A stretch of DNA of 54,562 nt. Source: a virus. Taxonomy: Duplodnaviria > Heunggongvirae > Uroviricota > Caudoviricetes. Below, in pieces: positions 17,769 to 28,086 of this stretch. Each line of letters opens with the position of its first letter. Positions within the stretch are counted from its first letter, which is position 1. The notes beneath the pieces are model-generated. The model did not search any database. It had not been told where the DNA came from and saw only the letters and a list, made by a program, of their open reading frames with translations. Made by a program: the position numbers and the translations under genes. The stretch covers positions 1 through 54,562 of IMG/VR virus record IMGVR_UViG_2568526722_000002, one strand, 5' to 3'.

Positions 17769-18913
17769 GTGTAGTTCACCTCGCCACGAACAGCCAGCTC
17801 CCCAACTCCCGGCTCAATATTCGCAGAAGGCGACACAAGGATATAACCTGAAGTACCGGCAACATCCCCTATCGCGCGGTTGAGATCTGAAAGGTAAATT
17901 TTCCCTGTGCCGAGCGGGTTAGCAGATTCAAACAATACCCCGTCAATCGCATCAGCAATGGCCGCAGTCGTTGCGCTGTCGGCATCAGATATCCCGCTTA
18001 TTTCAAAATCGATAACGCGTTCGATGGGAGAGCAGACATAGTTAAGGGAGGTAACCGGCGCAAGCGGATACATATAATCGGCAACTCTCCCCTGATCCCC
18101 GGTGGCTTTTACAGCCCCCCACTCTTCCAGTTGAGAGACACCGTCAGTTCCTGCAGGGAATCCATGATTGGTTTTATCATCGCCGTCGCACATGATGTAA
18201 ATCACCACGGTACCCGGCCCCATCCCCCGGCGCCGTATCCATGCCCTGGTGATCCCCGACACGGATAAAGCCCAGCTTTTATAATCAGTGTCACTCCCGC
18301 CCTGCGGGGGATTCTGATACGCCAGCAGACCACGTAATCGGAAATCCTCTTCACTTTCAATGTTGGCGCCGCCGGTGGCGGGCTCAATCAGCGTAACCGA
18401 GCTGTCTATGCCGGGGGCATTAGCATCCAGTGTAAGAATGGTGCCAGCATCGGCATTTCCGGAAGCGCCTCCTCCTGTCACATCGTCTGTGATATCCGGC
18501 AAAACCGCTGTTACAGCAACCGACGCACTGCCAGCAGTGTTTATCGTTATGGCATCATCGGTTGTGTACTGGTAACCATCATCACGGTTTAACACCGCCC
18601 CTTTTGACAGTGTTTTCCCCGGCGTTCCGGTAACGGTCGCCGCCGGAGAGCGTGCTGCCGTTGCGGCTTTTCGGTAAATCTGCTTTAGCGCCATCCATCC
18701 GGCAAGCCACTCATCGGTAGAGGTGAAAGGCGTGCTCTGACGGGCAATATAATCCAGGTAGGCGTAGTGCAGATGGGCCATGCCCGCATCCATATCAGCG
18801 AGCACCTTAAGGTTGCCAAACCGTAACAACGCGCCAACACTTTCAAGCTCTGCCTGCATAAACTGGCGATTCTCCTGCCGGAGCTCGCTCAGTGTTTTCC
18901 GCTTAAATGGCAT
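17765..18913 (-). CDS. baseplate J-like protein (Mu gp47-like)
   Basis: 382 aa; synteny W-J-gp48 in the Mu-type baseplate module. Confidence 0.7.
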   Translation of the reverse strand: MPFKRKTLSELRQENRQFMQAELESVGALLRFGNLKVLADMDAGMAHLHYAYLDYIARQSTPFTSTDEWLAGWMALKQIYRKAATAARSPAATVTGTPGKTLSKGAVLNRDDGYQYTTDDAITINTAGSASVAVTAVLPDITDDVTGGGASGNADAGTILTLDANAPGIDSSVTLIEPATGGANIESEEDFRLRGLLAYQNPPQGGSDTDYKSWALSVSGITRAWIRRRGMGPGTVVIYIMCDGDDKTNHGFPAGTDGVSQLEEWGAVKATGDQGRVADYMYPLAPVTSLNYVCSPIERVIDFEISGISDADSATTAAIADAIDGVLFESANPLGTGKIYLSDLNRAIGDVAGTSGYILVSPSANIEPGVGELAVRGEVNYT

Positions 18914-19352
18914 TATTCAGTTGCTCCCATAGCCAGAAGAATTTGAACTCCTGCCAGTCCCCCGTCGGCGGCAAATACCGGATGATGAGGTTCAGCCTGT
19001 TCGGGAAAACAATCTCTGACTGAGCCTCTATCGCTGCTGCAATACCATCCGACTTCATCCAGGCCAGAGCCTCTTCGGCGTAATCTTCAGCTCTCATCGC
19101 CACTTCGCGCGTCAGTTTTTCACGCCGCAGTAGCCACAGCCTTGAGCCAATATTCCGGTCGTTGTCCAGATCCCCCCACCAGCCGCGGCGGTCAGTTCCT
19201 TCATAATCATCATCAGCGCGCGCCAGTCCGTCAGTAAACAAACTGATAATAATGGCCGTGTGCATATCATTCTCAGATGCCAGTACGCCGTTACCGGTTT
19301 GCCAGTCAGCATGAATGGCATCCACATCCCAGAATGAGGAAATATCACTCAT
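18903..19352 (-). CDS. baseplate protein, GP46/W family
   Basis: 149 aa; GDW...SLFTD...RRGWWGD...GSRLWLL pattern typical of the phage GP46 family. Confidence 0.75.
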   Translation of the reverse strand: MSDISSFWDVDAIHADWQTGNGVLASENDMHTAIIISLFTDGLARADDDYEGTDRRGWWGDLDNDRNIGSRLWLLRREKLTREVAMRAEDYAEEALAWMKSDGIAAAIEAQSEIVFPNRLNLIIRYLPPTGDWQEFKFFWLWEQLNNAI

Positions 19353-19930
19353 ACCTGACTCTCTGTTTTTTCGCTTGTGATCGTGCTATCGCCGGACTGA
19401 ACTTCTTTAACGTCATGGTCATGATCGTTGTGAGCATCCCGCAGCGCTTTGAGCGTTGAATTGTTCGTCTCGCAGTTATCGATGATGTCACCCGTCACCA
19501 GGAGTTTGGGGGTAACCAGCTTTACCTGTTCCGTTGCCGTCGCGGTGATGTTTCGGGCATTGTTGATCTCTACATCTTTGCCTTTCGCATCAATGAAAAT
19601 TCCCGCCTCAGTCAGATGAATATTCATCCCCTGCTGGTTATAGACCACGGTTTCGCCTGGCTTAAGCCCGGTATGCCGGTAGCTTTGATGGTTAGAGGCA
19701 ATGACGACGGGACTGGAGCGGTCCCCGCCGAGAAAGGCAATAACCACATCCGATCCCGCCGGCAACCCCGATGAAAAACCAAAATCAGAGAGCCGTGGGG
19801 CGCTGGCCACTTCCAGCGGAGTCTGGTACTGGATTTCCTGCACAACCCCGCTATCTTTCTGCGTGGTAATACGGCCAATGCCCAGCATGCCGGCGATGCG
19901 CGTGGTCGATTTCTTTAAATTTTGATTCAT
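19349..19930 (-). CDS. baseplate assembly protein V (spike)
   Basis: 193 aa; gpV-like size, sequence pattern and position. Confidence 0.7.
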   Translation of the reverse strand: MNQNLKKSTTRIAGMLGIGRITTQKDSGVVQEIQYQTPLEVASAPRLSDFGFSSGLPAGSDVVIAFLGGDRSSPVVIASNHQSYRHTGLKPGETVVYNQQGMNIHLTEAGIFIDAKGKDVEINNARNITATATEQVKLVTPKLLVTGDIIDNCETNNSTLKALRDAHNDHDHDVKEVQSGDSTITSEKTESQV

Positions 19931-21012
19931 TGGTTTAGTCCGGGTATTTGCTGGTAGAAAGCATAAGGCTGGACAGCGAAAGCCTCCGGGGGCATCAGAT
20001 AAAGGCGCGCATGGGTGCCGTCACTGTCTCTGATATAAGTCACCTCTGCGATAAGCAATTCGGTGTCAGGCAGCTGCAGACTCGGGATGTTGACCGGGAT
20101 AAGCGTATTCGGCTCCCATAATTTCCCGGATTTATCGCGCCAGGAATCAATCGTCACCGTTAACTGACGGGAACGGCCGTATCGGCGGTTCATCTCCCAG
20201 TCAATCGCTCGCTGAGCCTGTTGTGAAGCCATCAGTGTACTTTCAACAATAATGATCCGTTTTCGGTAACGCATACTGGCCGCCTCAGGATCGCGGGCCG
20301 TCGCCAGCGTCACCGAATCATAAGCCGTATCTGGCGAGAATCCTGCAATCGGCGAAATGCTCATCGATACGCCGACGTAATCAGAAAAGCGGTCAGCCAT
20401 CGAACGGCGGTAATAAGCCTGTTCGATATTTACCCCTTCTGCGATACCGCTGGCCGCGCGCTTTGTCCCCACCCGGGTCAGAAATAAGTTACCGTCAGGC
20501 TGATCGTAATAAAGCAATGCCGACCAGCGGGAGACACGATCAAGTATTTCCTGTGGCGATTCCCCCCAGTTCAGGGAAAATTGCGGAACTTTCACCAGAT
20601 CATCAACGTCTGTACTTACGCCAATGTTGTAATGGGATGCGAGGCGGGAGGCAATATCAAGCGCATTACTGTTATTGATGACGTTATTTGGCCATTCAGC
20701 AGAGCAATCAACGAGATCTGCGCACTTACTGCGGCCTGAGGCTCTGACTTCATGGCGCGAACGGGAAATAGCAGGCGACCAGTCATCAACATACCCCGTC
20801 ACTACCAGGTCGTTACCAAGCTTTACCTGACAAGGCATCCCTTCCTTTACCAGCTGCTTCTGGTCACTTCCCGGAAAATAATCCATCAGTCCCAGGTCAA
20901 AATCGGAGGGAAAACGCTCAATGCCACGGGTCACCCGCACAGAGTCCCATCCTTCAATGATTTTTCCGCCCACTGTCAGGGAGACAATATCCTGATCATT
21001 ATCCGTACTCAT
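19927..21012 (-). CDS. Mu gp44 (P)-like baseplate hub protein
   Basis: 361 aa; sits between the DNA-circularisation-like gene and gpV as in Mu. Confidence 0.6.
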   Translation of the reverse strand: MSTDNDQDIVSLTVGGKIIEGWDSVRVTRGIERFPSDFDLGLMDYFPGSDQKQLVKEGMPCQVKLGNDLVVTGYVDDWSPAISRSRHEVRASGRSKCADLVDCSAEWPNNVINNSNALDIASRLASHYNIGVSTDVDDLVKVPQFSLNWGESPQEILDRVSRWSALLYYDQPDGNLFLTRVGTKRAASGIAEGVNIEQAYYRRSMADRFSDYVGVSMSISPIAGFSPDTAYDSVTLATARDPEAASMRYRKRIIIVESTLMASQQAQRAIDWEMNRRYGRSRQLTVTIDSWRDKSGKLWEPNTLIPVNIPSLQLPDTELLIAEVTYIRDSDGTHARLYLMPPEAFAVQPYAFYQQIPGLNQ

Positions 21013-22409
21013 TGTCTCAACACCTTCATCGTCGTCGGCATAAATGCCGGATGCGGTACGCTGGCCTCCTGTATCAGTTCATTTGCCCGCGAGGCATCCT
21101 GATACAGGCGGTTGGCCAGTACCAGGGCAGGAACCGGCACCGCAGTATTGATTTGCATCAACTCACTCAGTCCGGATGAAGTCTGAGCCATGGTATTCAG
21201 AAAAGCGGTTCTCACGTCCATCAATGCCGTATAAAGATCATCATCGCCACGGTCGCCCGCCAGTAGTAACGCGGTATCCAGTTGCCCGGCCACGCGTTGA
21301 GTGATTTCTTCGGCCTCATTACGACTGGTTGGGTTGTAATCTGCAGCAGCATCCGTCATGGCTCCGGTACATAGCACTACGATCAGCGTGTTCATGGTGC
21401 CAGCCAGTTGCTGGCTGCTTTCGGAACGCTGGTATCCGGTACTGGTTGAAGCCGCCAGTTTTTCAAATGCGGCAATTTTGTCACTCACGCTACCGGCGCT
21501 GGACAGAATGCGATTAATCACATCGGCAACGCCCTGAACAAATTCCTCGACCGATACAGATTCATTCAGTGCAGCCGTTGTATCGAGCACAGCCTGGCGA
21601 TCCATCACCGCCCGGGCGGTAACCTGTTCAGACAATGCCTGATGGTCTTCTGAGTCATCGGCATCACGATTGCCGTTAATACCCGAAGAGCTCCCGCCTA
21701 CGGTCCCCTTGCTGTACCGCCCGTAACGATTATTCCCGAAAGTAGAATCCAGCACGTTACTGACGTTTGTTACCTCACTGATGGTGTTATCCACCATATT
21801 GGTCCAGAACGTCACGGTTCCCCTGATGGTCTGAATCCCCTGCGACACACCGCGGATCTCGCTTTTAATTCTCGCGAGGGTACTGGCAACCGTCGTACTA
21901 ACCAGCTTCAGATAGTTGGTGCCAACGGTATCCCCCGCGGCGGCACTGTCGGTAACGGCAAAGACCTTTAACCCCGACTCAATGACCATCAGGGTAAATT
22001 CAAACGAACGGCCGTTGTCGGCGGAACCGGAAAGCCTTAAACCATTCTCAGGTATGGAAACGGTCATCTCCCCCAGCGTGGGGTGAATGAGCGTACCACT
22101 CCCCTTAGCTTCACACGCATTGATCAATGACTGGCGCTGAGAAATAACGTCGCCACCGCCGTATACCAGACTGTTCTGGACGATAAAGCCACGGATAATA
22201 AATCGCCGTGTCCCGCGCCCCATATCCTCAATCCAGGCGGTATCACGGTATGGATATTCATGAACCGCCTGCCGCCGGCCATGACTGCCTTCCTCATTCA
22301 CCACAGCAAAAGGCACGCCCCGGAACGAGCCGGGACGTAGCTGGCTCAACCAGTCCTCACTACCACCGCCCCTCATCAGAGAAGTTATTGCATCCTGGAT
22401 AATTGCCAT
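21009..22409 (-). CDS. Mu N-like (DNA circularisation) tail protein
   Basis: 466 aa; immediately downstream of the tape measure gene as in Mu (gp43). Confidence 0.65.
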   Translation of the reverse strand: MAIIQDAITSLMRGGGSEDWLSQLRPGSFRGVPFAVVNEEGSHGRRQAVHEYPYRDTAWIEDMGRGTRRFIIRGFIVQNSLVYGGGDVISQRQSLINACEAKGSGTLIHPTLGEMTVSIPENGLRLSGSADNGRSFEFTLMVIESGLKVFAVTDSAAAGDTVGTNYLKLVSTTVASTLARIKSEIRGVSQGIQTIRGTVTFWTNMVDNTISEVTNVSNVLDSTFGNNRYGRYSKGTVGGSSSGINGNRDADDSEDHQALSEQVTARAVMDRQAVLDTTAALNESVSVEEFVQGVADVINRILSSAGSVSDKIAAFEKLAASTSTGYQRSESSQQLAGTMNTLIVVLCTGAMTDAAADYNPTSRNEAEEITQRVAGQLDTALLLAGDRGDDDLYTALMDVRTAFLNTMAQTSSGLSELMQINTAVPVPALVLANRLYQDASRANELIQEASVPHPAFMPTTMKVLRQ

Positions 22410-22455
22410 CAGGCCTCCTGAATTAAAAAACCGCCAGGGTGGCGGTTTAATAGGG

Positions 22456-24309
22456 TTAGTAATTCATGGCGGTTGTTATTCTGCCGTTATCCTCGACGTT
22501 ATAGGTTTTCTTCTCCCCCTTATCATTGACCAGGGTGATTTCCAGCTTCATTTTCTGATCGGCCATCGCCTCTTTGAGGGACCGGGTCAGGTTTTCACTG
22601 ACAGTGTCTCTCCCATTACCGGAAGCTGTCAGGATTGAGGAACTGTCAAACTTGTCCGGTTGCGGTACGAGGATGTTCTCTCTCTGCTGGCTGAGCACTC
22701 GGCTGTCACGAAGACCAGACCAGCGCGGATCACTGATAGCCGTCTGAATTGCCGCCCGTATCTCATCTTCAGAATATGGCTGCGCCCCATTCTCATGCTG
22801 AATCATGGCCGCCATGACTGACTTCAGCACCTCCGGGTTATGCAGATCCACCCGCTGCTGGGGTTGAATACCTGTCGCGGCCGATACTGAATTGATATAG
22901 GACTGCGTATCATTTTCCGAGCGTGGCGCATAAGTGTGGATCATGCTGTTCAGCGTGTTATTCCCACGATCGCCATATAACATCAGTTGCCGGGCCATTG
23001 CCGCCAGCCCGTCGCTGCTGTTGTCATAAGTGACGAAACCACGATTCACCCCGGTCGCATTAGGCGCTATCCGGAGATTGCCGGGGTTATTATTTCTCAG
23101 GCCCAGTGCCTGGTTAGATGGCTGGCTGTAATTCACTTCTCTGCGTGGAACTGCTGCACCTGCTGGCAGGATGACAGACAAATCATTTCGGAGTTGTTCA
23201 GCTCTGTCCCCGGCGCCATATTGCGCGTCGTAGCGTTTACGGACGGCATCAGTCATAAAGCCGGCATCCACCGCTCCGCGCTCGCGCCGGGAAAGGGTGT
23301 TATACAGCGCCTTATCACCCTGAATGCGGCGTAGCTTCCCGGCATCCTTGCTACTGATAAACCCCAGCGCATGCGACAGCCCGGTGAAATCGCCATTCGT
23401 GAACAAGTCGGTCACTCCTTCAAGGCCGTCTTTCACCGAACCATCGGAAAGCAATCCCTTAAACAGAGAGTTTTTCGAACGGTTTTTCAGCCCATCCCAT
23501 GCAGCGCCCAGCTCATTCATGGAGCCGTTAACCTCGGACAATTGCCGGTTAAGTTCCGGATCAACCGTCAGGCCAAGTTCATCAGATTTAGCCAGCAATG
23601 CTTTCATCCGTACGCCTTCACGCATCAGCGCCAGCATTTCCGGCGTCAACCCGAGGGCATCGGAAACTGATTTCTGCTGGTCCGGTCGCAGACTCGGGAA
23701 AACGCGTGCTATCGACTCCAGCGTTCTCAGCGTATCAACGGATCCATCGTTGTTTTTCTGGATCTGAACGCCAATCTGTGACAATGCGCCGAGCACCTGG
23801 CTGTTGGCACCACTGGCGGCCTCCTTCAGGCTTTTAGCCATCCCCTCGATGGAGGAATTTGCACTGTCGCCATCAGCACCCAGTATCCGCATGGCACCGG
23901 ACAGGCGGGAAAAATCGTCCACTCGCATACCCGCATTTTTCGCGGCGACATCGAGGTTATAGGCTTCCCTTGAAGCCTCATGGAAACCGTAGGCAATCTG
24001 TTTTAGCCCATATCCCGCCGCTCCAACAACCCCCAGTGATGCCAGCTTACCGGAGAGCTCACCGACCATCTTCAGCGGTGGTACCATGTCCCCGATGTAC
24101 TGAACATTATCACGGGCATTTTTGGACAGATTTTCGAAGCGGGAAATAAAGCCGTTCAGTCCATCGAGGGTCTCCTGCCCTCCTAACTGGAGTCCCTCTT
24201 TGGTTTTATCCAGCTTTGGTTCCAGATCACGGATAGCCTCATTGATACGCTCAATGGCTTCCGTCGCCTGGTCGCTGGCCACCAGCTCAAAGTCGAAAGA
24301 ATTACTCAT
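22456..24309 (-). CDS. tail tape measure protein (Mu-type tail)
   Basis: 617 aa, alpha-helical and repeat-rich; follows the frameshifted chaperone pair. Confidence 0.8.
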   Translation of the reverse strand: MSNSFDFELVASDQATEAIERINEAIRDLEPKLDKTKEGLQLGGQETLDGLNGFISRFENLSKNARDNVQYIGDMVPPLKMVGELSGKLASLGVVGAAGYGLKQIAYGFHEASREAYNLDVAAKNAGMRVDDFSRLSGAMRILGADGDSANSSIEGMAKSLKEAASGANSQVLGALSQIGVQIQKNNDGSVDTLRTLESIARVFPSLRPDQQKSVSDALGLTPEMLALMREGVRMKALLAKSDELGLTVDPELNRQLSEVNGSMNELGAAWDGLKNRSKNSLFKGLLSDGSVKDGLEGVTDLFTNGDFTGLSHALGFISSKDAGKLRRIQGDKALYNTLSRRERGAVDAGFMTDAVRKRYDAQYGAGDRAEQLRNDLSVILPAGAAVPRREVNYSQPSNQALGLRNNNPGNLRIAPNATGVNRGFVTYDNSSDGLAAMARQLMLYGDRGNNTLNSMIHTYAPRSENDTQSYINSVSAATGIQPQQRVDLHNPEVLKSVMAAMIQHENGAQPYSEDEIRAAIQTAISDPRWSGLRDSRVLSQQRENILVPQPDKFDSSSILTASGNGRDTVSENLTRSLKEAMADQKMKLEITLVNDKGEKKTYNVEDNGRITTAMNY

Positions 24310-24493
24310 CGGGTTCGGGATTCCTGAGTTTATTGATACGGGAGGCCTGCGATACCCACCACTTCAGACGGGCATAGGTCATGCCCCATGCCCTGTCTTC
24401 TGTCCAGCGGAAATAAAATGTGACGTCAGCGGCCGTTTCCTGCCAGGCGGTCAGGGCTTCCAGGTCAAAAAACCGAGCAAAAACTCCTCGCAT
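24302..24493 (-). CDS. tail assembly chaperone -1 frameshift extension (GT-like)
   Basis: 63-aa ORF in the -1 frame overlapping the chaperone 3' end; slippery heptamer T_TTT_TTG (minus strand, about 24466-24474). Confidence 0.55.
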   Translation of the reverse strand: MRGVFARFFDLEALTAWQETAADVTFYFRWTEDRAWGMTYARLKWWVSQASRINKLRNPEPDE

Positions 24494-24729
24494 TTTCGGA
24501 AGTCGATAAAATCCATCGGCTGAAGCACACTTTCCCGCGTATCCGTGACCAGCGAGATCAGCAGGCGCATCGCCGCCAGTGAAGTGGACGATGCCTGCTT
24601 TTCGTAGAACTGCTCTGCCTGGCTGAGCGTCGGCGCCTTCAGCTCCAGTTGCTCATAGCGTGTTTTTTGCGCCTCATCGACCAGAGGCTTGATGAGGGGA
24701 ATGACTTTGGTGCGTTCAAGTTCTGCCAT
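24451..24729 (-). CDS. tail assembly chaperone (G-like)
   Basis: 92 aa between the tube and tape measure genes; ends at the slippery site. Confidence 0.65.
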   Translation of the reverse strand: MAELERTKVIPLIKPLVDEAQKTRYEQLELKAPTLSQAEQFYEKQASSTSLAAMRLLISLVTDTRESVLQPMDFIDFRKCEEFLLGFLTWKP

Positions 24730-24730
24730 C

Positions 24731-25102
24731 TTAGTTCTCCGTTACGTCCCGGCCTTCCCAGCGAACATCAAACACTGCATCTTCGCTTTCCACTTCCTGA
24801 ACGTTCACCGTCCATAGCGCGCGACCGATAATAGTCTTTCCGTTCGCCAGTTCGGCGATCACGTTGACGTTCGTCTGTTTGTTAAAACCCAGTACGTTGG
24901 TACCGCCGCTGTCGCGAAGACGGGCAGAAATATACGGGGCAACCGGCTTTTCTTTGTAGCCATGCACACCGTCCATGCCTGTCAGTGTGGTACGGTTAAC
25001 AGTGGAGGTCTGATACTTGAATGAGCCCTCCACCATAACGGTCACCCCGTTTACGGTGACATAAGCGGTACCTGCCAGGCGATTAGTGGTATCTCCAGCC
25101 AT
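24731..25102 (-). CDS. tail tube protein (Mu M-like)
   Basis: 123 aa, directly downstream of the sheath gene. Confidence 0.7.
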   Translation of the reverse strand: MAGDTTNRLAGTAYVTVNGVTVMVEGSFKYQTSTVNRTTLTGMDGVHGYKEKPVAPYISARLRDSGGTNVLGFNKQTNVNVIAELANGKTIIGRALWTVNVQEVESEDAVFDVRWEGRDVTEN

Positions 25103-25105
25103 GTT

Positions 25106-26617
25106 TTATGCTCCTGTTGATTCAGCCTGCAGGCGAAACTGGTTAAGCAGCGCGAAGATGCGCAACTGGTTCATAAGCGTTCCCGGCCACAACACATCGA
25201 CGCGGTTCGGATTTGTTTTGTTCTGCTCCACGATAATGTTTCTGGCGAAGGCCTCAGCGTCCTGCGCGTAGCCGTTAAAGACCAGCGTCTGGTATTCCGC
25301 GATCTGATCGGCTCTGATGATGTTTGGCGTCACAATCGCCGCCCCCGGCGCAAAACGCGTGCCATCCGCGGCCAGCTTCATGCGACCAAATTTACTGGTC
25401 ACTGCAGTGCGGAGATATCGTGTGACAAACATCAGGCTGAAGAGCGTTTCCACCTGCAGGTAACTGTCGTCTTCGTCGCCATAGCTGTTTTTCTGGTAGG
25501 TGGTAATCAGGTTTTCAATCATCACCGTCCCGTCATCACCCACGGTGTAAGTGGAGATGCCGCTGTACAGCAGGTTATTGCGCTCTGTCAGTTCAAAGCG
25601 ATCCGCCAGGTCCGGTGCCAGCACGCCATAAACAGGCAGACTTTGTAGCGGGCGTCCGGGGTCATTACGCAGGCTGGGTGCAGCGGCCCCTGTCAGTGCC
25701 GCCGCCCAGATATAACGCGGTGATGGTGAGCGGTACACGCCAAGCAGTGACTCATGCTGGTTATTACGGGTTTCCCCTTTGGTGCCAAGCTCGGCGTAAG
25801 TGCCGTTGGTGGTGGTGAATGCGTGGCCATAAAGCTGTTTATCCCATGCCCAGCGGCCGGTTGCATCGTTCAGAAATTCTCTGATGGCATCCAGTGATGC
25901 GGTGTCATCATAAGGGTTGATGACAAAATCAAAGGTCTTATCCTGCAGGTTGCCAAGGGCATCAACAAAATCCGGCGCGCCGGCGCCGCCGGTCATGCCC
26001 GTGATGGTGAGTGTCAGGCCCGCGGGCGTCACCTCACCACCCTGAACACCGAGATAATTCAGCCTGATATCAATACCATTGCCCAGCAACCCGGCATTTT
26101 TGGCCGTCAGTGTCACGGTATCCGTTGCATCGGCTTTTACAGCAGCTGTCACCGGCAGTTCCGTTTTGCGGGTAATCGCCGCGACCAGCGCAGTGGCAAT
26201 CTGAGCCGGAGTGTCAGTCGCCAGTACGGTCAGTTGTACGCGAACGCCAGCAATATAAAGAGAGATAACGCCGGTTTCTGCCGCCTGTGTGGCAACCTTG
26301 ATACTGCCAGTTGCCACTGCCATCGAATCCGCATCATCAGCCAGCGGAAGGATCCAGACCTCCGCAGCAGTATCGTTTTTTTGATACGCCGTCATCATGC
26401 CATGCAGCATTGATCCTTTTCCGGTGAGCTCACCCACCGCATTGGGAGAGGAGACTTTTACCGGGATTTTTTCCTGTGCAGAGCCTGATGCCAGCATCTG
26501 ACCAATCAACAGCGTTCGTTGTGTAGCCGTCGCCGTGTTGGCCATGGAGTTATCAAACTCCACATAAAAAAGCGGCACACGTAAATTGCCGGGAACTCGC
26601 GAAAATGGAACGGTCAT
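25106..26617 (-). CDS. tail sheath protein (contractile tail)
   Basis: 503 aa; size and position typical of Mu L-type sheath proteins. Confidence 0.8.
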   Translation of the reverse strand: MTVPFSRVPGNLRVPLFYVEFDNSMANTATATQRTLLIGQMLASGSAQEKIPVKVSSPNAVGELTGKGSMLHGMMTAYQKNDTAAEVWILPLADDADSMAVATGSIKVATQAAETGVISLYIAGVRVQLTVLATDTPAQIATALVAAITRKTELPVTAAVKADATDTVTLTAKNAGLLGNGIDIRLNYLGVQGGEVTPAGLTLTITGMTGGAGAPDFVDALGNLQDKTFDFVINPYDDTASLDAIREFLNDATGRWAWDKQLYGHAFTTTNGTYAELGTKGETRNNQHESLLGVYRSPSPRYIWAAALTGAAAPSLRNDPGRPLQSLPVYGVLAPDLADRFELTERNNLLYSGISTYTVGDDGTVMIENLITTYQKNSYGDEDDSYLQVETLFSLMFVTRYLRTAVTSKFGRMKLAADGTRFAPGAAIVTPNIIRADQIAEYQTLVFNGYAQDAEAFARNIIVEQNKTNPNRVDVLWPGTLMNQLRIFALLNQFRLQAESTGA

Positions 26618-26799
26618 TTAATTACGCCCTCTTTTTTTACGGCGTTTTTAACGCCCTTTTCCGGTACCAGACTGACGTCACCATCCTTCAGGCGGCGACG
26701 CCAGAACGTATTATCAGGTACCTCCGCGCCATCTTTGGGCAAAGGCTCCCCCCTGACAGGGCAGCGAACGCTGAGCCCGTCCTTCGGTTTTACAAACAT
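26614..26799 (-). CDS. small Mu-like virion protein (DUF2635-like)
   Basis: 61 aa immediately upstream of the sheath gene. Confidence 0.45.
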   Translation of the reverse strand: MFVKPKDGLSVRCPVRGEPLPKDGAEVPDNTFWRRRLKDGDVSLVPEKGVKNAVKKEGVIK

Positions 26800-26801
26800 G
26801 A

Positions 26802-27347
26802 TTACTCCTGAAGGTCTATTTTTACGCCCGGCTGCGGCGTACCGTCCGGCATGTCGATGGTGATGTCGATCCCCGCCAGCGGCACCGTATCGACCGGATA
26901 AAAGTCTTCCGGTCCCTGATAGTGCTCAATATCAATTTCGATAAGCAGCTGGCCCATATGCGCTTCACCATCCGCATCAACATCAATCGTCGAGCGGACC
27001 TCCGCATATTTCTGGATGTTCCGGGTTAACTCGTAGCTGTTAATCACCGCCCTTTCTACCTGTTCCCGGAGCTCTTCCAGCGCAACCTCCGCGCGCATGG
27101 CGCCATCATCAGTGGTTTCACTGTCGTACTCCTGAACCCGGCCAGTAATGCGAACGGTGGTCAAAGAGGTAAAGGCCGGGACATTTCTCCCCTGCGCCTT
27201 TTTGTGATCAAATGGCGTCTGAACAAGCAACGCTGGGTACAGGTCCGGCGAAGTTGCCCAGTCACGCGGGGAATACACACGATCGGCGGCAGCCGTTTTA
27301 TCTTTCAGCGCGGCCACGACCATGTGTCGTATTGCGGAAGCATTCAT
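26802..27347 (-). CDS. tail completion / virion morphogenesis protein
   Basis: 181 aa between the head-tail joining genes and the sheath; function from position only. Confidence 0.4.
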   Translation of the reverse strand: MNASAIRHMVVAALKDKTAAADRVYSPRDWATSPDLYPALLVQTPFDHKKAQGRNVPAFTSLTTVRITGRVQEYDSETTDDGAMRAEVALEELREQVERAVINSYELTRNIQKYAEVRSTIDVDADGEAHMGQLLIEIDIEHYQGPEDFYPVDTVPLAGIDITIDMPDGTPQPGVKIDLQE

Positions 27348-27703
27348 CGGGTTTTCGCCACATTGAGAACAAGACGTGAGCCGCCATGGCTGTCCGGTTC
27401 GACGTTGGACACAACAAATAACTGATTGATGATCTGACCTCCGACCGTTTTGATAAACACACGGTCAGATACGGCAGGTTGCGGTTTACCCAACTGACGA
27501 AATTCAGCATCGCGCACCCCAAGCATTGGGCTGGAGGTGTTAATTTCTGAATCACCATCAAGATTTTCTGCAACCTGCGCATAGCCACGGTCAAAAATAC
27601 CGTTAATCGTAAAAGGAGTACCGTTGCGGGGACGGTACTCATGCTCATCGCCAAACACGCCATGGAGCGGACTCAGAAGATGTAAATCCCAGTCCACGCC
27701 CAT
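27344..27703 (-). CDS. head-tail joining protein (lambda FII-like)
   Basis: 119 aa; FII-like size and position after the capsid and FI-like genes. Confidence 0.5.
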   Translation of the reverse strand: MGVDWDLHLLSPLHGVFGDEHEYRPRNGTPFTINGIFDRGYAQVAENLDGDSEINTSSPMLGVRDAEFRQLGKPQPAVSDRVFIKTVGGQIINQLFVVSNVEPDSHGGSRLVLNVAKTR

Positions 27704-27707
27704 ATGC

Positions 27708-28085
27708 TCACTCCGTTGTTATTTTCACACCACGCGCAGCAGATAACGCGCGCTGTCGCAGAGCATGGACATCGGCAATTACACCTGCGGCCAGCAGACG
27801 CTCGGCATCCTTACCGGAGACCGGAATTAGGGAGTTTTCCCGGTAAACCTCACCGTCATGGCGAATGCAGTTCCCTTTCAGGACCACAAACTCAGGTTCC
27901 GCTACTTCCTGAAAATCTTCTTCATCGTCATCCTGATCATCAGATGAATCGCCGTCTTTTTCGTCATACTGATGCGTCATCTGAACGCTGCCGCCGGCAT
28001 TCAGGTCGTCGATATTCAGGGCGTCTTCGGTGGCGCCTTCAGCATTCAGATCATCGACCTGCTCGGTTTTAGAGATTTTTGCCAT
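27708..28085 (-). CDS. lambda FI-like DNA packaging accessory protein
   Basis: 125 aa with an acidic stretch; directly downstream of the major capsid gene. Confidence 0.4.
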   Translation of the reverse strand: MAKISKTEQVDDLNAEGATEDALNIDDLNAGGSVQMTHQYDEKDGDSSDDQDDDEEDFQEVAEPEFVVLKGNCIRHDGEVYRENSLIPVSGKDAERLLAAGVIADVHALRQRALSAARGVKITTE

Positions 28086-28086
28086 A

